Assembly: GCA_964589775.1 (NCBI GenBank)
Contig: CAZPUN010000026.1
Coordinates: 4,557-36,556, forward strand
Direction: 5' to 3'
Length of the DNA stretch: 32,000 bases
Origin: an uncultured archaeon
Lineage (GTDB): Archaea; Asgardarchaeota; Thorarchaeia; Thorarchaeales; CAZPUN01
The notes beneath the pieces were generated by a model. That model had not been told where the DNA came from, ran no database searches, and saw nothing but the letters and a program-made list of their open reading frames with translations. This document shows positions 9,401 through 17,624 of the stretch, piece after piece. A program made the translations under genes and the position numbers. Each line of letters starts with the position of its first letter. Positions within the stretch are counted from its first letter, which is position 1.

Positions 9401-10069
9401 AATGTTTGAATGTTGTATATGTACAAATGTCTCAGGGTAATGATTATGATATTCATCCATATATAGGGTCGTAATGTTTGAGTTTTCAATTACCGTATTG
9501 AGTGGAGAATAATCTGCAGAAACCTCATAGTATGTTATGTTTGAGTCCTGTATGGATACTCGAAAAGTACTTCCCTCATTTAATTGGTTTATAGTACTAT
9601 TACGGATGGTAACTATGCTGTAGTCACCCATTTCAAAATAGCCGGTAATATTACAATTGACAAGTTCTATTGTAGCGTATTGATATGATTCAATAGTATC
9701 AACTGTGACGTTATACAAATATACATGAACTCCGCCATAAAGATTCAATGTGTTATCCACAACGGAATTACTGAGCCAGAGTGTGCTGTTATCATTAACA
9801 TAGATCCTGTCAATTATAGAGTTGTTTAATTTAGCAACTTCCGAATTGTATAATCTGAGGGTATGTATTGTAATATTATCAAGATCGATAGCGGTTGTAC
9901 TTGCACCAATCTCTTTCTTACTAAATTCATTAATTTTAGGTGCCATAGAAATTGTATTTTGTATGTTTTGAGATTCGTTTTGAGGTATTGTCATCATATT
10001 TTGTGAAAAACCAAAACTAATCACAAATAACATAAATACAAATACGGCATACGGTTTATTATTGTTCAT
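6482..10069 (-). CDS. Large secreted, membrane-anchored beta-helix-like surface glycoprotein with C-terminal Ig-like domains
   Basis: Signal peptide after MNNNK, long N/S/T/Y/I-rich hxhxNSTh repeats with many N-x-S/T sequons, Ig-like C-terminal repeats (GMYNYTI, GTYTVLI), C-terminal TM plus basic tail. Start at 10069 chosen from the SD; the ORF track starts at 10135. Confidence 0.8.
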   Translation of the reverse strand: MNNNKPYAVFVFMLFVISFGFSQNMMTIPQNESQNIQNTISMAPKINEFSKKEIGASTTAIDLDNITIHTLRLYNSEVAKLNNSIIDRIYVNDNSTLWLSNSVVDNTLNLYGGVHVYLYNVTVDTIESYQYATIELVNCNITGYFEMGDYSIVTIRNSTINQLNEGSTFRVSIQDSNITYYEVSADYSPLNTVIENSNITTLYMDEYHNHYPETFVHIQHSNITNYLGLLYCWGPGSIQYSGPTGTHTFGVDLDEYTKDSIVNMAPNSYIFIGDWDLTQLSYLTNWNRIYLINGSYSLGSTTNPHRIYAYYSSVYVYTSVLSSELYGYHSSFELINSEFKNTVYQNDNSNLYLYNATINSLYTYYNTSANIIGSNITSFSFSPYLKNVTLSIVNTSIYSFRVYDSINYFKNVNITYEFYNYNSQRENQTIINVYAKYYHDTAYIYCDANITPSGILTESGETLIPENLTYSKIYFNSISIYNGTVRVSNISTATMFMLYGGTLILVNTSIYPNGGIITTSGTVDIYNSTFNGFNYYNYRFSNSNITISNSTLSTMYINNSTIAITNVSVSLTIYMIDSNVNISNALFTTMSYAILSYNTKLSLINVQISGSIYTGVNPYSGYSYIYTNTYNFDNINNYFVNVTVNNYQELILGTGTNSITMVDNVVSGNFINSTMHVENLVYSTKTYCILLYENSTMQIINSTILNSKFQFIVMRGNSRIIMKNSTVDEDIRSYDYASFVLTNSTVGYIYSYGHTTLYANTTLFDKTIYLNEYSQFTIENSTFHSYIYIKQYSTLNIRNSHFLESYYKISVYNNAKLTYINDEYNDSYPAVSVRISSSRAMNSYVKNVKLSTVYTYDVVNLTLVGCNITKLSIYSTYFTNNFTEFVENHNKYYNCTIENVYGYLGVSTMSTKVNSTGVYPNPSDYYYSEFINTNISAFYNDNCVLFNDGSISGGNNLIYGLFAYGIYQIFVPTIEAGPSVIHNEYSYHKLLQWHLEGFSLEGYILYMNGTEIDVVNTPPNVTVSIDLGTLDVGMYNYTIVIYSWYVVNVSTVIVYIHPIAAPVVTFLGSSYEITINSTDTVTLSWKAEDFSPTTYEILVNNVSVETGTWEANQTISYVFSGEPGTYTVLIKFRDAFNLETPFAITIHVLSAQNNTAQNDLLTQYALVIVVVGVTVVAVVVIYLKREKILALIRKS

Positions 10070-10300
10070 TGGAATTCTACTCTCCCAATAAATCGAAAAA
10101 ATCGATTTGTGAAATTTCATAAAAAATATTATCATTTTTATTAAAAAGATTTTGGGTGAAACGACTAATATAAAAAATTAGATGATATGAAAAATAAAGC
10201 ATCATTTATTATTTCCAAAATGTTTCCTTTTCAAATATTGTTGGGTTTAATAGTAAAAATTCTGTAAACTCTAACGAATATAATACAGGGATGAACTACG

Positions 10301-10672
10301 ATGATAAATTATGATATTTATGACCGCATGCTTGAAATATTCCCACAAATTGTTGATCTTGGAAATCCACAAAAACCCAGTTCATATACAATAGATAATA
10401 TTCATATCGAATTAACATCTCGAGAGGGCCCGATATTACATATTTCAATTAAACAATTTGATCCGAATCATAAAATCAAATTCAAATACCGCGTAAAAAT
10501 AGATCACAGGAAGAAAACAGCTGAAGTTATTTCTTACAGCGATGAAAATAGGATGTATAACATATATCTCTCAAAATACATTATTGATGTTGAAATTCAA
10601 GAAAAACTAAACCAAATATTTTATGATTGGCTTTCGAAACGTGCAATTGATCTTTATCGTGTAGCGTATTAA
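10301..10672 (+). CDS. Hypothetical protein, possibly DUF1249-like
   Basis: The pattern VKIDH..KTAEV.SY ... EKLNQIFYDWL recalls DUF1249-type proteins. The family call is tentative. Confidence 0.6.
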   Translation: MINYDIYDRMLEIFPQIVDLGNPQKPSSYTIDNIHIELTSREGPILHISIKQFDPNHKIKFKYRVKIDHRKKTAEVISYSDENRMYNIYLSKYIIDVEIQEKLNQIFYDWLSKRAIDLYRVAY

Positions 10673-10763
10673 TTTTCTTTCTTTTCATTTTATGAGAATT
10701 TTGTCATTTTATAAATAACTTTTTATACTTTAGAACGGATAATTAAAAAAGAGGTAGGTACAA

Positions 10764-11570
10764 ATGGGAGATAAAAAATATAAGAGCCTACAAGATATGC
10801 TGTCTTTTAAGGGTAAGCGCGCATTGATCACGGGTTCAGCCGGCGGAATCGGAGAAGCAGCTGCAATTCGTTTTGCGGAAGCTGGTGCGGATTTACAGCT
10901 CGTAGATATTAATCTTGAAGGTTTAGAGAAGGTAAAAAATAAAATACATGAAAAATACAAAGTTGAAATTGAAATTTTCAGGGTAGACTTATCAAATAAG
11001 GCGGAAATTGACAATCTTTGGGAAACTATTAAGGGCAGAGAACCAGACATTCTAGTTAATAATGCGGGAATCTATCCATTCAAGGATTACGAGAAAATCG
11101 ATGAATCGTTCTATAAGAAGGTTATGGACATTAATTTTTCGTCTATATTCTGGATGTGCCAGCACATGATAACCGCCCGAAAGAAAAAGGGGGGACATAT
11201 TGTTAACATTGGGACGATAGAAGCAATATTACCATTTGAGGCAGATCTTGTACATTATAGCCTAAGCAAAGCTGCTGTAATTGCATTGTCTCGATCTCTA
11301 GCACGAAAATATGGCAACAAAGGATTTCATGTGAATGTAATACTTCCGGGTGGTATTTCAACACCTGGAACACGTGATAAGTTAAAGGATGCTCTGACCG
11401 GTGAATTTGGGCTCATAAAATCAGGTATTGAATTCAAATGGCGATTGCCTGCAGGTCGAATGGGCGACCCCGATGAAGTAGCTAGAATGATCCTTGTGCT
11501 ATCAAGTGATTTCGCAAGTTATATGTATGGTGCGATAGTTCCTGTAGATGGCGGGTTCCTTTCAACATAA
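10764..11570 (+). CDS. Short-chain dehydrogenase/reductase (SDR)
   Basis: TGSAGGIG, DILVNNAG, catalytic YSLSK, VNVILPG, PVDGG. Confidence 0.95.
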   Translation: MGDKKYKSLQDMLSFKGKRALITGSAGGIGEAAAIRFAEAGADLQLVDINLEGLEKVKNKIHEKYKVEIEIFRVDLSNKAEIDNLWETIKGREPDILVNNAGIYPFKDYEKIDESFYKKVMDINFSSIFWMCQHMITARKKKGGHIVNIGTIEAILPFEADLVHYSLSKAAVIALSRSLARKYGNKGFHVNVILPGGISTPGTRDKLKDALTGEFGLIKSGIEFKWRLPAGRMGDPDEVARMILVLSSDFASYMYGAIVPVDGGFLST

Positions 11571-11694
11571 GTGCCCATTTTTTATTTTTTTAAAACTTGG
11601 TTTTAATTTACACAGATTCAAAATTTGTATTTATATATAATTTCGGGAATTTACTAAATAACAAAAAATAATTTCTTGGAATTTATGATTGTTT

Positions 11695-12012
11695 TTATGG
11701 TTTATTTACAATCATTATAGCAACAACGGTAATCATAGTGTTAATCAATGTAACTACAAATGTTAATAATCCAAAATATATTCGCATGTGTGAATTCATG
11801 TCTTCGAAACGCTTATTCATGTCCTCTCTAAGTAATTTGATTTCATGCATGGTATTTTCGAAATAGAATTTCAAGTCGTCTTTTGTCGCAAGATCTTTAT
11901 TCCATTTTAGTATGAGTGCTTCTTCAGATTTTATTTTTTCTTCTAACAATGCTAATCGGCGTTCATAATCTTCAAACTTATCATAAAGTTCATCCAATTT
12001 TGATCTGGACAA
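11695..12012 (-). CDS. Coiled-coil protein with C-terminal TM anchor (DUF1640/CCDC90-like)
   Basis: Heptad pattern, LATKDDLK neck-like motif, LREDMNKRFEDMN stalk, hydrophobic C-terminus. SD GGTGAG. Confidence 0.7.
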   Translation of the reverse strand: MSRSKLDELYDKFEDYERRLALLEEKIKSEEALILKWNKDLATKDDLKFYFENTMHEIKLLREDMNKRFEDMNSHMRIYFGLLTFVVTLINTMITVVAIMIVNKP

Positions 12013-12265
12013 ATAATCTCACCTATATAATACTTCAAATTAAAAATATAAAAACATAACTAAAAACTCAAAGTTTTATTAGAAAAAATTTCAAATTTAA
12101 AATATAAAAATATAAAAATATGAATAGCAGTCTATGTGATTTTTAAATATTCTATTCATGATTGATTCAAAATTATATACTATAAAAATTGGAGAATCAA
12201 AAGATTTTATATATGAAAATTACATAGTAATTATGATTTACTCTTTGACTTGGGCTACGGTGGAG

Positions 12266-12315
12266 AGCCAGTAAGCGAATATCACTAATTATGTCTACAA
12301 AGTTGATTACTGGCT
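12266..12315 (+). promoter_or_regulatory. 9-bp inverted repeat, possible structured leader of the WD40 gene
   Basis: AGCCAGTAA (12266-12274) pairs with TTACTGGCT (12307-12315) in a locally GC-richer patch. Confidence 0.3.
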
Positions 12316-12358
12316 ATATCAAATTAGTATATTTAAATTTATTTAGGAGGTGTCTAAG

Positions 12359-14053
12359 ATGGCAACGGATCAGAAAACATTAATTGAACAAAAGGACAGT
12401 GCAGCGAGGATAACATGTCTTGCTGCTTATGATGATTACATCTGCCTCGGTCAGTCAGACGGTATAGTCGCCATCTACAGAGACTCATACGAACCGATCA
12501 AGACATTTGCGGACACCAATGAGCCAATAGTAAGAATCTATATGGATTCCGAATATATTTATGCAAGTACCGATGCGGGGAAGGTTTTCGTATGGTCTCT
12601 ATTGGATGAAAAGCTAGAAACAATCATTGAAGAACATAATGAAGGTGAAGTCATCGTATTCAGTGATGAACATTATTTTTATACTGGAGGGGCAGATGGA
12701 AAACTGATAATTTGGAATAAAAAGATATGGGAACCGAAAAAGAAAATAAAGGCGCATAAGTCAGCAATTCTTTCAATTAGTTCAGACCATAAACATATCT
12801 ATTCGAGTGCAAAGGACGGGAAAATAAAAGTATGGTTAAAAGAAAGTTGGAAATCTGATGTAATTAATGAAAATCTTAAGGATCCAATTGTAGAAAATGA
12901 CGATTCACGACTTTATATAGTATCTCAGAATGAAATACATATTTTCGAAAAAGGAAAATATGATAAGGCTGTGAAAGTTCTCAAAGAAGATGAGCCTATT
13001 GACGAAATCAGAATTGATGAAAAACTAATTTACATTCTGTACAAGAACGGTCATTTCAAAGCAATACTGAAAGAAACTATGACAAAAATCTTCTTCGATT
13101 CGCGAGCCATTGGAAATCCATTGTCACTTGTGCCAACAAAAGAATTTCTCTATGCAGCACATTCAAATGGGTCTATCAGTAGGTGGGAGAAAAAGTATCT
13201 CTTACCCGTTCTTGAAAAGAAAGAGGACAGTCCAATATTATTCAATCGAGTTGACGAGAACTACCTATATATGGTTTTGAAGAATGGAAAGATTATTGTC
13301 AAAGACAAATATACTTTAGAAAAAATCGTTGAATTGTATGAGGGAAATAAGCCTGCTAAGATGATCTGTGTAGATAAGAATTTCGTTTATGCATCGCTTG
13401 AGAAAAACAGAATTGGCATCTGGGAAAAGAATTCATGGAAGTTCGTTATGGAGCTTTCGGACTTCTCATGGTCCGCGTTTATAATTGCAATTGAGAACGG
13501 ATATTTCTACGCTGGTTCGGGATATGACCTATATATCTATGAAAAAGGTTCTTGGAAGCAAATTGCAAATTACTTTGAAGATTCTGGAATTATTACAGCG
13601 TTAATAGTTGATAACAACAATATTTACATCGGAACACACAAAGGAACAATCTCAGTCATTGATAAGCATGAACTGAAACAGATTAAATTAATAAAAGCAC
13701 ATAAATCCGGTGTTAGACGTTTTGTGATTCGAAATAACATATTGTATTCTGCAGGAGCTGATGGCGCGATAAAATCATGGAATATTAAAACATTCGAAAA
13801 GATCAATGAATCACATATTAGTAAAGTACCGATTAGAAGTATGACTGCAGATGATGAGATCTTATATACTGCTGTAGCAGGGGATATTCGAGCATATGAT
13901 CTAGACCTAAACTTAAAATTCATGTATATTAATCAATGGTCCAGCTCAATTGCAACGGATGAGAATTACCTATATTCTGGAAATATGGGCGGTATCATTA
14001 GGATCTGGGAAAAACCAAAACTTTACAGGAATGTCCAGAAAAGGATCAATTAA
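12359..14053 (+). CDS. WD40-repeat protein (probably two beta-propellers)
   Basis: Repeated YxGxxDGxhxhW and AH..AI motifs with ~40-aa period over ~560 aa. SD AGGAGGTG supports the ATG at 12359. Confidence 0.9.
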   Translation: MATDQKTLIEQKDSAARITCLAAYDDYICLGQSDGIVAIYRDSYEPIKTFADTNEPIVRIYMDSEYIYASTDAGKVFVWSLLDEKLETIIEEHNEGEVIVFSDEHYFYTGGADGKLIIWNKKIWEPKKKIKAHKSAILSISSDHKHIYSSAKDGKIKVWLKESWKSDVINENLKDPIVENDDSRLYIVSQNEIHIFEKGKYDKAVKVLKEDEPIDEIRIDEKLIYILYKNGHFKAILKETMTKIFFDSRAIGNPLSLVPTKEFLYAAHSNGSISRWEKKYLLPVLEKKEDSPILFNRVDENYLYMVLKNGKIIVKDKYTLEKIVELYEGNKPAKMICVDKNFVYASLEKNRIGIWEKNSWKFVMELSDFSWSAFIIAIENGYFYAGSGYDLYIYEKGSWKQIANYFEDSGIITALIVDNNNIYIGTHKGTISVIDKHELKQIKLIKAHKSGVRRFVIRNNILYSAGADGAIKSWNIKTFEKINESHISKVPIRSMTADDEILYTAVAGDIRAYDLDLNLKFMYINQWSSSIATDENYLYSGNMGGIIRIWEKPKLYRNVQKRIN

Positions 14054-14329
14054 ATTTTATTTTCCTCTTTTTTGACCACTAAATATTAGAATAAAGATTC
14101 AACACTTGATTTTTCATTCCAGTACATGTAGGTTGCTGAATTTCAAATAGAATCGCTAAGCCTTGTGAAATCATGAGAATTATGAACCAAAATAGTAAAC
14201 GCTAGATCGTTATCAGTGTAATGGAGTAAACGTTTATTTTAGTTAATAATTCCTACTCAAAATTAGTTCTATTAACATTTTTATCTTCGTATTCCTTAAT
14301 TATTTGTAAAAAAAGTTGAGTTGATTTTG

Positions 14330-15646
14330 ATGAGACAAATCAAGAAAGTATTTTATGGTATGGGTCGCCTTGGGTCAACATCTTTGTTGAGTATCATATC
14401 GCTTGCTACATTTTATATATACTTGTCTCATTATAATCTGAACCCTGTTCTAGACGGCTGGGCGAATGGAATAAGTAAATTAGTCATTGCATTTGGTGCA
14501 TATTTTATTGGGTATTTGAGCGATAAAATTTCGAATAGCAAGTCCGGAAGACGCCGCCCATTTATAATAATTGGATCAATTGGACTTGCAATCTCATTCA
14601 TGCTTTTATATTTACCAGAATTCTTTATTCCACTAACAGACCAATTTATTATTTTTCTCTACGAAGCTTTCTGGTTAAGTTTGTTTAATTTCTTCTATGG
14701 TTTTCTTCTTACACCGTATCAAGCATGGATGCAGGAAATCACTACACCAGAGGAGCGAATTGAAGTTTCCGGATACGAAAATACGTTTAATCTGATTGGA
14801 AATATAATTGGTATTGTAGGAACATTTACGCTACCTATGATAATCAATCAAGGCGGTACGCTTCTTATCGAACTAGTAGTTATTCTTGCAATAGTTGAGA
14901 TTATAATGTACATGCCAGCATATCTAACTATTCGAGAACCAGAACGCCCAATTCCGAGTAAGAACATAATTCAGGAAACCTTGCAGGCCGTTAAGAATAA
15001 AAATTATGACCTTTGGTTGATTTCTCAAGGAATGATGTCCGTTGGTTTCTCAATAATAATAACAATAATTTTGACTTATGTTTCTGATTTTCTTAAGCTC
15101 CAAGGATTGAAATTATTTGTATTCGCTCTGATCCTATTATTGGTTGTTCTCGTCTTTTTTGTTATCTGGACAAGAATGGGCAGCCGAATGGGGATAAAAT
15201 CTACAATGACCATTGCATTATCCCTTCTAAGCATAGTTCTATTCATGACATTGTTCATCGGAACACCTACGATACCTTTACCCATAGATTATCAAGGATA
15301 CATCTTCATTGCCTTAGCATCTATAGGAATTTCGGGATACTGGCTGTTTCCATATGCAATCATGGCTCACATTATTGAAGTTGATGAGATTATGTCCGGC
15401 GAAAATCGAGCTGGAATGTATACAGGATTCAATTCGATTCCTCTCAATATATTCCAAGCAATAGCAATGGTTCTTACGGGATACATCGTAGACTTACCCA
15501 ATCAACTTGGTATGTATATTTGGGGCCCTGTATCTTCAATATTCATAATCATCGGATTAATCATATTCAGATATGTAGAAACAGATCCTGACTTTGAAAA
15601 GCTACGCAAAGAGTTTGAAAGACCTGCAATAGAAATCCCAGAGTAA
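14330..15646 (+). CDS. MFS transporter, GPH/MelB-like (MFS_2)
   Basis: About 12 TM segments, GYLSD....GRRRPF, PYQAW..E.T..EER, D....GENRAGMY.G. Confidence 0.92.
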   Translation: MRQIKKVFYGMGRLGSTSLLSIISLATFYIYLSHYNLNPVLDGWANGISKLVIAFGAYFIGYLSDKISNSKSGRRRPFIIIGSIGLAISFMLLYLPEFFIPLTDQFIIFLYEAFWLSLFNFFYGFLLTPYQAWMQEITTPEERIEVSGYENTFNLIGNIIGIVGTFTLPMIINQGGTLLIELVVILAIVEIIMYMPAYLTIREPERPIPSKNIIQETLQAVKNKNYDLWLISQGMMSVGFSIIITIILTYVSDFLKLQGLKLFVFALILLLVVLVFFVIWTRMGSRMGIKSTMTIALSLLSIVLFMTLFIGTPTIPLPIDYQGYIFIALASIGISGYWLFPYAIMAHIIEVDEIMSGENRAGMYTGFNSIPLNIFQAIAMVLTGYIVDLPNQLGMYIWGPVSSIFIIIGLIIFRYVETDPDFEKLRKEFERPAIEIPE

Positions 15647-15733
15647 TCTTTTTCTCTTTTCTTTCTTTTTCAATAATCTTAAAAAAAAATCTATCTATAT
15701 AAGTATCATAATTTATGTAAATTGGGTGACATT

Positions 15734-16612
15734 ATGCTTAAGAAGTACTTTTCACAGATATTTGAAGATTTCTTACTTCAGCTACATCTGACACCTGAAG
15801 AACAGGCATATTATAAACGCATGAAATATCTAATCTCCGTAGGGATTATACGTATTGTTGTAGATAATCCAAATGACCCTAAAGTCTTCCTTGGGTACTA
15901 TAAAAAGAATAGAGAGATCTTTTTGAATTTTATATATATTCGCGATGATGAAAATTGGAAATTTCAAGCAGAAGTTGCGTTATTAAAATTAATGACCGTA
16001 ATCCCAAAATCGATCAGAAAGATAAATGTTGAATCAGCCATTATAAATGATGAGAATCGCTTGCTGAGTGTATTTCAAGAACAAGGATTCAATATTGATG
16101 TCCGTCATATGCTAGAACGCAAGATCGATGACATTCAACACGTACAACTTCCTAAAGGCTTCTCATTTATAAATTATGAATCAAAATTACATTACCAATT
16201 TATCAAGGCATTTTTCGACGCATTTAGAAATTCTCCTGAAGTACATATCTATCCCGAATTAAATAATCTCACACGCACCTCTCAACTAATCGAAGATAAA
16301 ATGCTAAGTGATCGTTTAATAGCAAAGGGATTGATTTTTGGAATTGAAAAGGATAACCGTATAGTTGGAATTGCCATGTTGAAATCTGAATTTAATAAAG
16401 GATTTGTAAACGCAATTGGGGTGATACCACAATATCGTAGTATGGGACTTGGAAAAGCTTTAATGTATGAATCCTTGCGAAGACTAAAGGCCAATGGTTT
16501 TTCGGAAGTCCGTCTAGCAGTAACATGTAGTAATAAACGAGCCTACTCACTCTATCAATCCATGGGCTTTTCGAAGGTCTTAGCTTTCTTAAAGGGATAC
16601 AGATATATCTAA
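15734..16612 (+). CDS. GNAT family N-acetyltransferase (tandem-domain type)
   Basis: IGVIPQYRSMGLGKAL acetyl-CoA motif and N..A..LY.SMGF. SD GGTGA supports the ATG at 15734. Confidence 0.88.
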   Translation: MLKKYFSQIFEDFLLQLHLTPEEQAYYKRMKYLISVGIIRIVVDNPNDPKVFLGYYKKNREIFLNFIYIRDDENWKFQAEVALLKLMTVIPKSIRKINVESAIINDENRLLSVFQEQGFNIDVRHMLERKIDDIQHVQLPKGFSFINYESKLHYQFIKAFFDAFRNSPEVHIYPELNNLTRTSQLIEDKMLSDRLIAKGLIFGIEKDNRIVGIAMLKSEFNKGFVNAIGVIPQYRSMGLGKALMYESLRRLKANGFSEVRLAVTCSNKRAYSLYQSMGFSKVLAFLKGYRYI

Positions 16613-16646
16613 TTTTTAGGATAACCTTTGTGAATTATATCGCAAG

Positions 16647-17111
16647 TCACGCAATCTTTGTGAGTCTAAATTTACATAATCCATTTTTTGGATCAAGATC
16701 TATTGGTATGATTTCAAACGCTGCAGAAAGCGTTTCGAGAAGAGCGGAAAGCTCAATCTCGCAAATTTTGTTGCACTCTAAATCTAGTTTGGAAAAAATT
16801 TCTTTATACCGAATATCTCCATGAATGCTTATAATTATTTCATCATTGCCTTTTTCTATAGTGATCTTCTCAGGAGACATAACTTCATTCGCATAGGCTT
16901 CCACAAGCTTTGTGGCATCCTCAAGTGTGTGTTGTAAGGACTTTTCTTTTATTTCATGTTCCGCAAAAGAAATTGCTGCTCCACTGTATAATGCGGGGTA
17001 AATTATCATTGCATCATCAATACTAAATTGTTGTGCTAACGCCAATAAAATGCCTCGGCTTGCACCTAAGAATGTATGCTTCAATCGCGCTAGGTTTTTC
17101 TCGTCGCTCAA
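16647..17111 (-). CDS. Hypothetical protein, V4R-like small ligand/metal-binding fold
   Basis: C..IC in a helix plus a terminal C.F strand; size and layout resemble archaeal V4R-like proteins. Confidence 0.55.
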   Translation of the reverse strand: MSDEKNLARLKHTFLGASRGILLALAQQFSIDDAMIIYPALYSGAAISFAEHEIKEKSLQHTLEDATKLVEAYANEVMSPEKITIEKGNDEIIISIHGDIRYKEIFSKLDLECNKICEIELSALLETLSAAFEIIPIDLDPKNGLCKFRLTKIA

Positions 17112-17273
17112 GACTTTTCCCTCAGAAGGTATGTGACGATTTCTTAGTATTTATATGTTCCTCGTATGACTGAAAATACAATTTTTAAAAAATTAAATTC
17201 TTCTCTTTTTCATTTTAAAAATTTTTTCCTTAATTATTAGAAAAGTTCCAAAAAATATAATAAAATTATAGAA

Positions 17274-17316
17274 AAGGCATATTTTGCCTTCTTAATATGT
17301 AATATTGCTACATATT
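17274..17316. promoter_or_regulatory. Two adjacent palindromes (candidate transcription-factor operators)
   Basis: AAGGCA-N5-TGCCTT (17274-17290) and AATATGTA-N7-TACATATT (17294-17316), just upstream of a + strand BRE/TATA-like GAAAAATTTTTATAT. Confidence 0.3.
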
Positions 17317-17405
17317 TTTAAAAAAGAGAAAAATTTTTATATGCGAATAGAATGAGCTATCCTTATATGGGATTAATGACAAAATAAATATCAAGAAAAC
17401 AAAAA

Positions 17406-17492
17406 TGGAGCCCGGGTATATCTTGTTTTGAAGGCCCTCAAACGAAGTAATCCCAAAAGTCTCCCCTCCTGACCGTTTTTACCCGGGCTCCA
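17406..17492. ncRNA. Candidate structured small RNA closed by a perfect 13-bp GC-rich stem
   Basis: TGGAGCCCGGGTA (17406-17418) pairs with TACCCGGGCTCCA (17480-17492), enclosing 61 nt with an inner hairpin. On the minus strand there is a TTTAAA box ~25-30 nt upstream and a T-tract immediately downstream. Confidence 0.5.
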
Positions 17493-17624
17493 CCTCTTAT
17501 ATTTATAAATCAAAAATTTAAACTTATTATTTTTATAAACGTAAGACAAACAGAATTAAATAAAAATATATAATCTCCATAAATCAAAAAATGATTGAAA
17601 AAAATTCTTTTCAGAATTTAGATT

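Noticed and set aside
12251-12318. Fluoride riboswitch
   Set aside because: Superficial similarity only (GTTGATTAC). The GGNGAUGG..CC P1 and the matching pseudoknot are absent, and the downstream gene is unrelated.
14090-14240. Possible pseudogene remnant between the WD40 and MFS genes
   Set aside because: Composition looks less AT-rich than other gaps, but the frames checked contain stops and no recognisable motif.
17406-17492. tRNA (ends in CCA, 87 nt) or MITE
   Set aside because: No T-loop (TTCRA), D-arm or anticodon arm on either strand. No flanking target-site duplication and no second copy in the window. Kept only as a candidate ncRNA.
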